Below are positions 28,383 through 37,539 of a DNA stretch of 49,692 bases, piece by piece. The notes beneath the pieces were generated by a model. That model made no database searches and was not told where the DNA came from. It saw nothing but the letters and a program-made list of their open reading frames with translations. Within the stretch, counting starts at the first letter, position 1; every line of letters begins with the position of its first letter. Position numbers and translations under genes: made by a program. This DNA comes from an uncultured Elusimicrobia bacterium (lineage in GTDB: Bacteria; Elusimicrobiota; Elusimicrobia; UBA1565; UBA9628): NCBI GenBank assembly GCA_964653765.1, contig CAZZGQ010000003.1, positions 5,743-55,434 on the forward strand, given 5' to 3'.

Positions 28383-28433
28383 CGACCTTCGGAGCGTAGC
28401 ATATCGCGCGATGAGATCGAGACTCGTTTCGAG

Positions 28434-28462
28434 TTGACACTGCCGGCCTCGAGCGCTAGACT
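28434..28462 (+). promoter_or_regulatory. sigma70 promoter for the paralog 3/4-rSAM-oxygenase operon
   Basis: TTGACA-N17-TAGACT. Confidence 0.65.
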
Positions 28463-28474
28463 ACGAAAGCCCTC

Positions 28475-30247
28475 ATGTCCGACCTCTGCGGCGCTTGGAC
28501 GTTGGACGGCTCGGCAGTCGACAGGGCGCTCCCCGAGCCCATCCGCCGCCGCATGGCCGCGCGGCTTCCCAAACGCTCCGCGGACGCCATCGAGACCGTC
28601 GATGGGCGGCTTTGGCTCATCGGCCCAAGTCAACGGCAGGCGGCCGCGGAACGCTGTTGCTTGGCCAGCGTCGGCTTTGTCGCGGCGCTAGCTCCCGGTT
28701 CCTCCGGTCTCGAGGACGCCTGGCGCCGGGCGCTGGCCGGAGAGCTGGACGGCCACTGCGTCCTCGTCCGCGCTGATCTCGGGACAGGAGTCCTCTCGCT
28801 CTACCGCGACCCGACCGGCGAGGAGCGCCTGCATTACGCCCGCCTTGGGAACCTCCTACTGTTTAGCTCCTCGATCAAGCCGCTGCTCGCTCATCCGGAA
28901 CTGCCGGCGCGGCTGGATCCCGGCGTCTTCGCGCAACGCGCTCTGGCCCGCGTGACGTGCTTCGGCGAAGATACCTTGCTGGCCGGAGTCGCCGAGGTCA
29001 AGGCAGGTCACCGGCTTGTGGTCGAAGGCGCGCGGTGGCTCCAAGAAGAGATCGGCGGCGATCGCCTGCGCGCCGGCCAAGAAGCTTCGGTGGCGGACGA
29101 CAACCTAAAGGCCATGCTTGCCCGCGGCGTCCGCGCCAGCCTCGACGGCGCCGCGCGCGCGGCCGTCAGCCTCTCGGGCGGCGTGGACTCGGCCGCCGTT
29201 GCCGCGATGGCGGTCGACATCGTGGGGGCGAGCAACGTCCACGCTTTCACCTACGAGTTCGACGAGGCTAGCCATCCCAACGAGACGGCGCACGCCGCGG
29301 CGGTCTGCCGGAGCCTCGGTATCGTCCAGCACCATGTCTTGAGGGTCGAGAGACGGCGCTGGCTGGACGCCCGGCTCGCCATGCTTTGGTGGTCGGAGGA
29401 TTTCAGGAACGTCGACAAGGCCTTCTTGCTCGAGCAGGACGAGCAGCTCAAGCAGCTAGGCTTCGACACGATCCTGACCGGGGACGGCGTCGGAAGCCGG
29501 CTCGAATGGCTCGACAGCGTCGCTCGCTGGCTGCCGCGCGGCGCGCCGCTCGATTGGCTGGCGCCGTATTGGCGCGCCTTCTGGGGACGGTCCCGCTTGC
29601 CGTCGGCCTGGCTTGGCGCGAGGCTTCCGTCGGCGACGCCCCCCTATCACTACCTTCACTTTCCGCTCGTCGGCGTACTGCATGGATGCCGCTTGATCCG
29701 AGAGCCCTCCCTGTTCTTCCCGGAGCCTGTGCGAGAAGCGGCGGCCCGCGCGCTGGCGTCCCCGCGCGTGCGCGCCGCGCTCGAGGAAACAGCCGCGTTG
29801 CCGCTCGACGAACGGTTGCGGCGCCTCGTCTACGGCCAAGCCCTCGCCTCTCCGGATCTGGCGCGCCCCGCGGCCATGTCGCGGCGGCGCGGCGTCCGCA
29901 GGCTGGCGCCGACGGCTTTTGCGAGCTGCATGCCGGCGCTCTTGCGCCAGCGGTTCGGCAAGCCGGCGCTGCGGCGGCTGCTTCGTGGCCGGATACCCGA
30001 GGCCCTGCTGCGACGGCCTAAGGAGATGACCCAGGCGGTCGCGCCCCTGGCTTGGCATTTCTCGTACGCGCGGCCGCTGAAGCTGAGGGGCCTGCCGGCG
30101 CCTTTCGATCAGGAGCGGGCGGCCCTCGCGGCGCCGTTCGTCACCGGAAACCTCCATCACCTCACGCTCTGGCGCGACGTCTTCCTCCAGGAACGCCGCG
30201 GCGGCGAGCCGCCGCGCTGGGATGAATTGGACGGCGCAGCGCCATGA
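28475..30247 (+). CDS. Asparagine-synthetase/lasso-cyclase-like protein 3
   Basis: MSDLCGAW, RDPTGEERLHY, LSGGVDS, HAFTYEF, GKPALRRLLRGRIP..RRPK. Confidence 0.85.
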   Translation: MSDLCGAWTLDGSAVDRALPEPIRRRMAARLPKRSADAIETVDGRLWLIGPSQRQAAAERCCLASVGFVAALAPGSSGLEDAWRRALAGELDGHCVLVRADLGTGVLSLYRDPTGEERLHYARLGNLLLFSSSIKPLLAHPELPARLDPGVFAQRALARVTCFGEDTLLAGVAEVKAGHRLVVEGARWLQEEIGGDRLRAGQEASVADDNLKAMLARGVRASLDGAARAAVSLSGGVDSAAVAAMAVDIVGASNVHAFTYEFDEASHPNETAHAAAVCRSLGIVQHHVLRVERRRWLDARLAMLWWSEDFRNVDKAFLLEQDEQLKQLGFDTILTGDGVGSRLEWLDSVARWLPRGAPLDWLAPYWRAFWGRSRLPSAWLGARLPSATPPYHYLHFPLVGVLHGCRLIREPSLFFPEPVREAAARALASPRVRAALEETAALPLDERLRRLVYGQALASPDLARPAAMSRRRGVRRLAPTAFASCMPALLRQRFGKPALRRLLRGRIPEALLRRPKEMTQAVAPLAWHFSYARPLKLRGLPAPFDQERAALAAPFVTGNLHHLTLWRDVFLQERRGGEPPRWDELDGAAP

Positions 30248-32034
30248 GCTTCTGCGGCGCCTGGTCCCTCGATGGCCGGCCTATCGCCGAGATCCTCGGC
30301 GAGCCGGAGCGTGCCTCGATGCGCGGGCTGCTGATGCCGACGACCGGCGAGCCCGTTGAGGTCGAAGAGGGCCCGCTTTGGCTGGCGGGCTCGACGGGCT
30401 CGATCGTGCGCGACGGCAGCGGTTGGCTGGGCCTGGAGGGTTTTGTGGCGGGAGCCGGCGACGGCGACGCGCTACGAAAGACGGCCGGCGAGGCCTGCGC
30501 GGCTGGGCGCTGCCGCCTAGACGGCCACTACATCCTGCTCCACGCCGACCCGGTCGGCCGGGCGCTAAGGGCCTGGAGAGACCCTTCGGGAGGGCAACGA
30601 CTTTTTTTCGCTTGCCGCGGACGAGGGCTCCTATTCTCCACGTCAATCCGGCCGCTCCTGGCTCTGCTCGGGAGCCAACTTAACGAGGGACTTCTTTTCG
30701 AGACGGGTTATACGGACCTGGTCCACTTCGGCGACGAGACTCTCTGGCGGGGCGTCCACGAGATCCTGGCCGGCTACCGTCTGTCGGTCGTCCACGGGCG
30801 ACTGGAACACCGCTGGCACTGGGACGACCTTCAAGGCCGCGCGGGAGAGCCGCGCGCGCTGGCGAGCGAGCTCAAGGTCCGCCTGGGAGAGGCCGTCGCC
30901 GCGTCGATCGGGCGCGATGGCGCTGCCGTCGTGACCTTGTCCGGCGGCATCGACTCGGCCTCGGTGGCCGCGCTCGCGGCAGAGGCGGTCGGCGCCCATC
31001 GCGTCCATGCCATCACCTTCGAGTTCGACGATCCATCATGCCGCTCAGAGGTGGAGAGGGCCAGCCTGGTCTGCAAGCACTTGGGCTTGGGCCGGCACAG
31101 CGTTGTTCGCATCTCACGCCGGGATTACGAGCAGTCGATCCCGGAGATCCTCTGGCGCAGCGAACATTTCAACGAGTGGACGCGTTGCGACGGCTTGATC
31201 GTCTCTCGCCGGTTGCGTGAATGGGGCGTCGGCAAGTGCTTGACGGGCGGCGGCATCGGCAGTCACATGGCCTACTTCGAGGACGTGGACGCGGTCCTAC
31301 GCGCGCTGCCCCGGGGCCTGGAGCCTTGGCGGTATTGGCGGGCGGCGCACTTCGGAGGGAGGCCGGGAGACTGGCTGGGGCGCGTTTTCCCGGGTCTGGA
31401 GGCTCCAGCCGGCCGTCAACGATTCCGCCTCTATCTCCCTTTGGCGTACGCGCTCCACCACCGCGGCCTAGCGGATTTGGGCCGCTTCTTTCCCCCGACG
31501 CTTCTCGAACCCGCCCTTCGGACGGCGCAGTCGCCCAGGGTGCGGCAGGCGCTCGAGGAGCACTCGGCGCTGCCGCTGGCGGTTCAATGGCAGCGCCTGG
31601 CGCTCTCCCACCTCGGGGGCCAGATCGACTTCAGCCGCACGGAGCGCGCTGCGCAGGGGGTGGGGGTGCACAAGATATCCCCCGCCTTCTTCGCCTCGTG
31701 CCTGCCGTGGACTTATTTTCCGTTTCGGCCCAAGCCGGCGGCTTGGAGCCCAAGACGCGCGCTGCGTCCGGGCAAGCTGCTGCTGGCGTTGGCCATGCGC
31801 GGGCGGCTGCCCGATGCCGTGATCGACCAGCGAAAGGACTGGTCGACCGGCGACCTCCCCATGAGCTGGCACGAGCGGACCCTGGCGCTGGCCGAGCCCG
31901 TCGAGATCCCTTTCACGCATGCCCGCGGCCGGAGTGTGTTTCTGGCCTATCAATCGCTTTGGCGTCGCATATTCCTCGAACGCCCGCCCGGCCGCGAGCC
32001 GCCGGCCTGGGAGGAGCTCGAGAAGACCGTATGA
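30244..32034 (+). CDS. Asparagine-synthetase/lasso-cyclase-like protein 4
   Basis: MSFCGAW, RDPSGGQRLFF, LSGGIDS, RPGKLLLALAMRGRLP; ATGA overlaps at both ends. Confidence 0.85.
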   Translation: MSFCGAWSLDGRPIAEILGEPERASMRGLLMPTTGEPVEVEEGPLWLAGSTGSIVRDGSGWLGLEGFVAGAGDGDALRKTAGEACAAGRCRLDGHYILLHADPVGRALRAWRDPSGGQRLFFACRGRGLLFSTSIRPLLALLGSQLNEGLLFETGYTDLVHFGDETLWRGVHEILAGYRLSVVHGRLEHRWHWDDLQGRAGEPRALASELKVRLGEAVAASIGRDGAAVVTLSGGIDSASVAALAAEAVGAHRVHAITFEFDDPSCRSEVERASLVCKHLGLGRHSVVRISRRDYEQSIPEILWRSEHFNEWTRCDGLIVSRRLREWGVGKCLTGGGIGSHMAYFEDVDAVLRALPRGLEPWRYWRAAHFGGRPGDWLGRVFPGLEAPAGRQRFRLYLPLAYALHHRGLADLGRFFPPTLLEPALRTAQSPRVRQALEEHSALPLAVQWQRLALSHLGGQIDFSRTERAAQGVGVHKISPAFFASCLPWTYFPFRPKPAAWSPRRALRPGKLLLALAMRGRLPDAVIDQRKDWSTGDLPMSWHERTLALAEPVEIPFTHARGRSVFLAYQSLWRRIFLERPPGREPPAWEELEKTV

Positions 32035-33599
32035 GCGTCGCGGACATCGTCCTGCTGTCGGACTGCACGGGATATGGAGACCTCATCTTCTCCCGTTACA
32101 GCGCTCCTTACGTCCTGGCCACGCGCCTGCGCGCGGCCGGCTTCGGAGTCCGAGTGATCGACTACTTCACGCGCCACCCCGACTTTTTCCCCTATCTGCG
32201 GGGCTTCCTCGGGTCCGAGACGCTTTTCATCGGTCTCTCCTCCACTTTCCTCTCGCAAGGCCGCGAGGCGCACCATGCGCCTATCTCCAAGACGGACCAG
32301 ACCAGGCTCTATCACGAGAGCCTGCTCTGGCACGCCAGCGACGAAGAGACGCAGGCCTGGCTGGCGCGATTGAAGGCGACGCTGGCCGAGGCGAGTCCGG
32401 CAGCCGCTCTCGTCCTCGGCGGCGTCAAGGCGGCGCAGACCCATCGCAAGCCGCAGACGTACGCGGGCGTCCTCGACTATGTCGTATTGGGCCCCGCCGA
32501 CGACGCAATCGTCGAGCTCGCGCGGGCGCTGCGGGCCGGCCGCGCGCCGCCCCACAGCCTCAAGGAGGGAGTGCGCTTCGTCTCAGAAAGCGAGTCGCCC
32601 GCGATCTGCCCCGCCACCGTGCTGAAGGAAGCCGACGCCATCCAGCCGGCCGAGGCCCTGCCCGTCGAGATCAGCCGAGGCTGCCTCTACGACTGCAAGT
32701 TCTGCTACTACGACAAGAAGCGGAGCGTGCGCAAGGACCTGGCCTTGCTGCGCGAGGAGCTGCTTCGCAACTACGAGGGCTTCGGAACCACGGTCTATCA
32801 CTTCTGCGACGACTGCTTCAACGACACGCCGGACAAGGTCGAGGCCGTCTGCGGCATGCTCAGGAAGCTGCCGTTCGAGATAGAGTGGGTCAGCTACGCG
32901 CGTCCCGACGTCCACGTCAAGCGCCCGGAGCTGCTCGACCTGATGATCGAGGCGGGCTGCCGCGGCCTCTACTACGGCCTGGAGACCTTCAATCACGCCG
33001 CCGGCAAAGCCGCGGGCAAGGCCGTGCCGCCCGAGGCGATCAAGCGCTTCTTTTCCCAAGCGTACCCGAAGCACCGCCACCGCGCCTTGTTCGACGCCTC
33101 CTTCGTGATCGGGCTGCCGCACGAGACGGCGGAGAGCCAGCGGCAAACGACGCGATGGCTCATCGAGAACAAGGTCTTCGATCATGTCCACTGCGCGACC
33201 TTGGCGCACGCGCCTTACGACAGCGCGCTCGACAAATTGGCCGTCGACTACGCCGACCATGTGCGCCATCCCGATCGCTACGGCTTCTCGATGCTGCCGA
33301 GCCGCTCCTCTGGGTATTGGCGGCACGCGACGATGGACCTGCCTCAGGCCGCGGCGCTGCAGGAGGAGATGCGCGCGCGCCTCGATGAGGCCTACGGCGT
33401 CCCGGTGGTGCGGAGCTGCTTCATGTACCCGGCGATGCGGACGCTGGGCTTCACCCCTGAGGAGACGTTGCTCATGGCGCGCGAGGGCGCGCTCGACCGG
33501 AGTCAAGCCTGGCTGGCCGAGGCACAGCGCCGGACCCGCGGCTGGCTGACGCGTTACTGGGACGCCTTGGCGGCAACGAGACCGGGGGCCCTCCGATGA
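32031..33599 (+). CDS. B12-binding-domain radical SAM protein
   Basis: N-terminal Rossmann/B12-like domain (LATRLRAAGF.V.VIDY, IGLSST, LVLGG); EISRGCLYDCKFC; DDCFN, YGLET, FVIGLPHET. True start is ATG 32031, not 31221. Confidence 0.88.
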   Translation: MSVADIVLLSDCTGYGDLIFSRYSAPYVLATRLRAAGFGVRVIDYFTRHPDFFPYLRGFLGSETLFIGLSSTFLSQGREAHHAPISKTDQTRLYHESLLWHASDEETQAWLARLKATLAEASPAAALVLGGVKAAQTHRKPQTYAGVLDYVVLGPADDAIVELARALRAGRAPPHSLKEGVRFVSESESPAICPATVLKEADAIQPAEALPVEISRGCLYDCKFCYYDKKRSVRKDLALLREELLRNYEGFGTTVYHFCDDCFNDTPDKVEAVCGMLRKLPFEIEWVSYARPDVHVKRPELLDLMIEAGCRGLYYGLETFNHAAGKAAGKAVPPEAIKRFFSQAYPKHRHRALFDASFVIGLPHETAESQRQTTRWLIENKVFDHVHCATLAHAPYDSALDKLAVDYADHVRHPDRYGFSMLPSRSSGYWRHATMDLPQAAALQEEMRARLDEAYGVPVVRSCFMYPAMRTLGFTPEETLLMAREGALDRSQAWLAEAQRRTRGWLTRYWDALAATRPGALR

Positions 33600-34384
33600 C
33601 TCTCGACGAGCGCTATCTGTTCGCCACGGAGTTCCTTGCCGAGCCGGCCGTCCAAGTCCGCCTGATCGAGGCCGTGCGCGAGAGCGGCGAGCTCTCGAGC
33701 GGCTCCTTCGACAACGCCGGCGCGCCCTATTGGCGGTGGAAGAGCCTGACGCTGCCCGTGCCCGAGAGCCTTCCCTCCGGCGTCCGCGCTTTCCTGGACC
33801 GTCGCCCCGCGGCCGATTTCGACCGCTGGTCCTATTTCTCGCGGCTCGATCCATCCCTGGAATGGCGTTGGACGGAGGGCCGGGCGAGCGATCTCGTGCG
33901 CGCTATCTTGGCTCCCGTTGAGCGCCTCTTCCGTAAGCTCACGCGCGTCAAAGTCGACCTGCAGATACCGGGACAGGCCTTGCCTGCCCACCGCGACCTC
34001 GTCCCGGGCTCCCATTACGACACGCTGCAGTCGGAGTATTCTCACGCTTGGGGCGAGCGCCGTCTGATGTATAGGGCGCAGCCGTGGCTCTGGGAGGCCG
34101 GCCCGTTGCGTAATATCGAGCACCGCGACAACCGCTATCTATCGATGAAAATCCCTCTCTCCGAGAAGGCGGACGATCCTGGCCAGCCCTACGTCGTCAT
34201 CGGCGCGCAACGGCACTATTACACCTCGCGCAACCGCCTTTTTTTCCTCAACGAGGCCGAGATGTTCCACGGCGCCGACCCGGCGGACCATTGGCGCGGC
34301 GTCGTATTCGTCAACGGCCTCTGGGACCTGGACGCGCTCGACGGCTACACGAAGCGTCCGATCGAGGTCCTGCGTACGCTGTGA
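33596..34384 (+). CDS. AspH-like 2OG-Fe(II) oxygenase (cupin fold)
   Basis: TRV...PG..LPAHRD (HxD) and distal F.LN...FHGA His; ATGA coupled to the rSAM gene. Confidence 0.68.
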   Translation: MTLDERYLFATEFLAEPAVQVRLIEAVRESGELSSGSFDNAGAPYWRWKSLTLPVPESLPSGVRAFLDRRPAADFDRWSYFSRLDPSLEWRWTEGRASDLVRAILAPVERLFRKLTRVKVDLQIPGQALPAHRDLVPGSHYDTLQSEYSHAWGERRLMYRAQPWLWEAGPLRNIEHRDNRYLSMKIPLSEKADDPGQPYVVIGAQRHYYTSRNRLFFLNEAEMFHGADPADHWRGVVFVNGLWDLDALDGYTKRPIEVLRTL

Positions 34385-34433
34385 TCCGCGGACCGCGGCA
34401 CTGCCGCTGCCTGCGGGCGCGCAGAAAAACTCC

Positions 34434-34462
34434 TTGACACCCCCTAGGGTTGCTGCTATAGT
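34434..34462 (+). promoter_or_regulatory. sigma70 promoter for the dctP-like pair
   Basis: TTGACA-N17-TATAGT with extended TG; GAGGAG RBS before ATG 34503. Confidence 0.75.
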
Positions 34463-34502
34463 CGTCTGAATTACATTTCGAGAGGCCCTCCGAGGAGCCA
34501 CG

Positions 34503-35480
34503 ATGAGCGATTCAAGCGCGCTGTCGCACGTCGATCCCGCGGTTCAAGATCCCTCCTTCGTCGTTCGCTGGGTTCTGGCGCACGAGCCCGTTGCTGTCTT
34601 CGAGAAAGCCTCGCGCCGCTTCGGCGAGCTGATCCGAGAGCGTACAGGCCGCAGGATGGACGTCCGCGTGCTGACGTGCAGCGAGTTCGGCAAGGGCACG
34701 CCAGTCTCCCCTCTCAACGTCGCCGGCGCCTTGATGCAGGGCAAGCTGGAGATGACGCAGACGTACACGCCGCTGCTCGGCCTCTACGCCTTCGACCTCT
34801 GGGCTCTTGACCTGCCGTTCCTTTTTCGCGATCATGCCCACGCCGCGCGCGTGCTCGATGGCGCCGTGGGCCAGCGGCTGATGCGTGGCCTGCGCCGCTT
34901 CGGTGTCCGGGGCCTGGCGTTCACCTACAGCGGCGGCTATCGGCTCATCGCCGCCAAGGACCGCCAGATCCGCCGCTGGGAGGACTTCGCCGGTTTGCGC
35001 CTGCGCACCTCGCACAGCCCCGTGGCCGTGCGCCTCATCGAAAGCCTGGGAGCCGAGCCTATCCCGAGCCCGGCGGAGTCCATCGTGGCCTTGGCGCAGA
35101 GCGGCGAGATCGACTCCGCCGAGACCACTTACCCCCGCTATTGGGCGCTCGACCAAGGCTCGACGCTGCGCACGCTCAACGAGACCTGGCACAGCTTGTT
35201 CTTGACGGTCATGGCCGTCAGCGACCGCTTCTATGCCTCGTTGCCGCCGGCTTATCAGCAGGCGCTGGAGTCCGCCGCCCGCGAGGTTGCTGTCATGGAG
35301 CGCGCCCAATCAGTCGCCGACGGCGAGATGGCTCGCCGCGGCGCGCTCGAGCGCGGAATGACCGTCGTCACGATGTCCGAGGACGAGCGCCGCCGCTTCG
35401 CCCGCCGGACGGAACCGTTGTACGAGCAGTTCGCGCCGCTGTTCGGCCGGGACCTGCTCGACGCCCTGCGCCAGGGATGA
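34503..35480 (+). CDS. dctP: TRAP DctP-family substrate-binding protein lacking a signal peptide
   Basis: LDLPFLFRD..HA..VLDG.VG, YSGGYR, GLRLRT, ET.HSLFLT; hydrophilic N-terminus. Confidence 0.85.
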   Translation: MSDSSALSHVDPAVQDPSFVVRWVLAHEPVAVFEKASRRFGELIRERTGRRMDVRVLTCSEFGKGTPVSPLNVAGALMQGKLEMTQTYTPLLGLYAFDLWALDLPFLFRDHAHAARVLDGAVGQRLMRGLRRFGVRGLAFTYSGGYRLIAAKDRQIRRWEDFAGLRLRTSHSPVAVRLIESLGAEPIPSPAESIVALAQSGEIDSAETTYPRYWALDQGSTLRTLNETWHSLFLTVMAVSDRFYASLPPAYQQALESAAREVAVMERAQSVADGEMARRGALERGMTVVTMSEDERRRFARRTEPLYEQFAPLFGRDLLDALRQG

Positions 35481-35490
35481 TGAGGAGACC

Positions 35491-36468
35491 ATGACCACTA
35501 AGAGCTCGCGTCGCGCCTCCGCCTCCGTCGCACGCCAGACGCCCATGCGCTTGACGTGGGTGCTTGCCCACGAGCCGGTCTCGGTCTTCGAGGCGGCCGC
35601 GCGGCGCTTCGCGGAGATCCTGCGCGGAGAAAGCGACGGCCGCCTCGAGGTCGACGTGATCTCGGCGACCCAGCACAACGGCGGCCGCCGGATGACCCCG
35701 GCGGAGGTGATCCAAGAGGTCGCCTCGGGGCGCATCCAGATGTGCCAGACGTATACCACCGCTTTCGGCGAGCGGCATGAGCCGCTGCGCGCCCTCGATC
35801 TGCCGTTCCTGTTCGAGAGCCACGAGCACGCGGCGCGCGCGCTCGACGGCGCCGTCGGGCAGCGCCTGATGGACGGCCTGCGGCCGCAAGGCCTTCGCGG
35901 CCTCGGCTTCACCTACAGCGGCGGCTACCGCGTGCTGTCGTCGGCGTCTCGGCAGATCCGGTGTCCGGAGGATCTGGCCGGCCTGCGCGTGCGCACGGCG
36001 CCCAGCCCTGTGGCCCAGGCTGTCTTCGAGACCTGGGGCGCCGTCGCTGTCCCGGCGCCGCTTCATGAGACCCCGGCCTTGGCCCGGGCCGGCCGCATCG
36101 ACGCCGCCGAGACGACTTACCCGCGCTACTGGGATCAAGGGCAGAGCGAGGCGCACCGCGTCGTCAGCGAGACGCGCCACAGCTTGCTGCTGACGATGAT
36201 GGTCCTCAACGAGGACTTCTACCAAGGCCTCTCGGCCCGCGAGCGCGAGGCCGTCCGCCACGCGGCTGCCGAGGCCGCACGCCTCGAGCGCGCCACGTCG
36301 ATCGAGCAAGGCGAGGACGTCAAACGCCGCTGTCCGGAGCGCGGCATCGCTGTCGTCGACGTCGCCGAGGCGCAACGCGAGCGCTTCCGCGCGCTGGCGC
36401 GGCCGGTCTATGAGCGGTTCATCCCGGTCGTCGGAGCCGGTCTCGTCAAAGAGCTCCAAGACGCTTAG
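35491..36468 (+). CDS. dctP: Second DctP-family protein (tandem paralog), also lacking a signal peptide
   Basis: Same motifs (WVLAHEP, LDLPFLF, FTYSGGYR, AETTYPRYW, HSL); GAGGAG RBS. Confidence 0.85.
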   Translation: MTTKSSRRASASVARQTPMRLTWVLAHEPVSVFEAAARRFAEILRGESDGRLEVDVISATQHNGGRRMTPAEVIQEVASGRIQMCQTYTTAFGERHEPLRALDLPFLFESHEHAARALDGAVGQRLMDGLRPQGLRGLGFTYSGGYRVLSSASRQIRCPEDLAGLRVRTAPSPVAQAVFETWGAVAVPAPLHETPALARAGRIDAAETTYPRYWDQGQSEAHRVVSETRHSLLLTMMVLNEDFYQGLSAREREAVRHAAAEAARLERATSIEQGEDVKRRCPERGIAVVDVAEAQRERFRALARPVYERFIPVVGAGLVKELQDA

Positions 36469-36499
36469 CGACGCGACCGACGAGACCGACGCCGCGCGA

Positions 36500-37288
36500 C
36501 TACCAACGCGGCGCGGAGACGACCATGCCGGCGAAAAAAGGACCTTGCGGGATGATCTCGACCGTGTCCGGGTATCCTCGGGGGATTTTGACGACCGATC
36601 TCGGCGACGCGGTGTAAGTTGAAGCGCCGGCTTGGACGAGCGCCGAGCCAGAGAGAGGGACAAGCAGCGTCTCCGAGAGGATCGGGCCCTCCCAGCGCTC
36701 TTGGGTCTTGGTCGCTAGGAGCTCGGCCTTCAGCCCGCCGGCCTCGAAAAGGAGCACGCGCATCGGCCCCTGAATCTTCCCACGCAGTCGATTGATGTCA
36801 GCGAAGACGTTTTTCGTCGGAAAAGGCTCGCTGTTGGAAGCGCGAGCTTCCTTGGCGCTCACGACCGAATCGGCCGATCCTGGCGCCCTGAAGCCAAGGG
36901 AGTAATGCGGCTTTTGTCCGGAAGGTCCCCGTCCGAGACGGACCGAGCCAGGCTCTATCAGGAACAGATCGCCGCGCCGCACGGGATACCCCTTCCGGGC
37001 TCCTTGATGAGGGGTCACAAGCTCGCTATCGTCGAGGCTTAAGAACAGCTCAGGCAAGTTCGCGCGCAATCCCGAGGGCCTGGCGCCTCCTGGCCTATTC
37101 TCGGAGACCCACGCCAGGCAATCCCCCTCGAACAGGGAATAGAACGTCCTCGAGCCATGGCGCTCGGAAGGAAGATTCGCAAGGTTGGAGTAGTCCGCCA
37201 CTTGGACGCTGATCTGTCCGGGGCAACGTAGAGGCAAGGCGGCGAGGGCAACGAGCGACCAGGCGCTGATCCAGAACACACGCATCAT
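36500..37288 (-). CDS. Secreted hypothetical protein with cupin-like beta segments
   Basis: N-terminal signal peptide; GDLFLIEPG and SVVKIPRG.P cupin-like motifs; preceded by TTGACG-N17-TATAGT. Confidence 0.65.
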   Translation of the reverse strand: MMRVFWISAWSLVALAALPLRCPGQISVQVADYSNLANLPSERHGSRTFYSLFEGDCLAWVSENRPGGARPSGLRANLPELFLSLDDSELVTPHQGARKGYPVRRGDLFLIEPGSVRLGRGPSGQKPHYSLGFRAPGSADSVVSAKEARASNSEPFPTKNVFADINRLRGKIQGPMRVLLFEAGGLKAELLATKTQERWEGPILSETLLVPLSGSALVQAGASTYTASPRSVVKIPRGYPDTVEIIPQGPFFAGMVVSAPRW

Positions 37289-37356
37289 TTGCCACTATAA
37301 CAGCCGTCGCTCCGGGCGTCAAGCAACAGTCCGCCAAGAGGCGCATATATTTGGGC

Positions 37357-37385
37357 TTGAACTGCCCAGCTTGATGAGCCATAAT
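37357..37385 (+). promoter_or_regulatory. sigma70 promoter for the precursor-GT4-GT2-kinase operon
   Basis: TTGAAC (37357-37362)-N17-CATAAT (37380-37385); ATG 19 nt downstream. Confidence 0.65.
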
Positions 37386-37404
37386 ACCCCAGTTCGGCCG
37401 AGCG

Positions 37405-37518
37405 ATGACGAAGAAGAGCCCGACGGGCAAGAACGACAAGAAGCGGCGCAAGTACGTCAAGCCGCGCCTCACCCGGCACGGCGAGCTGTCCCAAACGGCG
37501 CTCGCGAAGAGCTACTGA
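37405..37518 (+). CDS. Putative RiPP precursor peptide, 37 aa, with lasso-type RRE-binding leader
   Basis: MTKKSPTGKNDKKRRKYVKPRLTRHGELSQTALAKSY*; YxxPxLxxxG motif; almost all codons end in G/C; own promoter; first gene of the operon. Below the ORF-track length cutoff. Confidence 0.8.
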   Translation: MTKKSPTGKNDKKRRKYVKPRLTRHGELSQTALAKSY

Positions 37519-37539
37519 TCGCCGCCGGCCCGCCCGATC

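Noticed and set aside
31221-32030. N-terminal extension of the B12-rSAM ORF (792 aa)
   Set aside because: Out-of-frame overlap with AsnB-like paralog 4; the ATGA-coupled start at 32031 fits better.
37405-37518. Canonical lasso peptide
   Set aside because: The core is 5-6 aa with no Asp/Glu, and no transglutaminase-like B2 protease is in the window.
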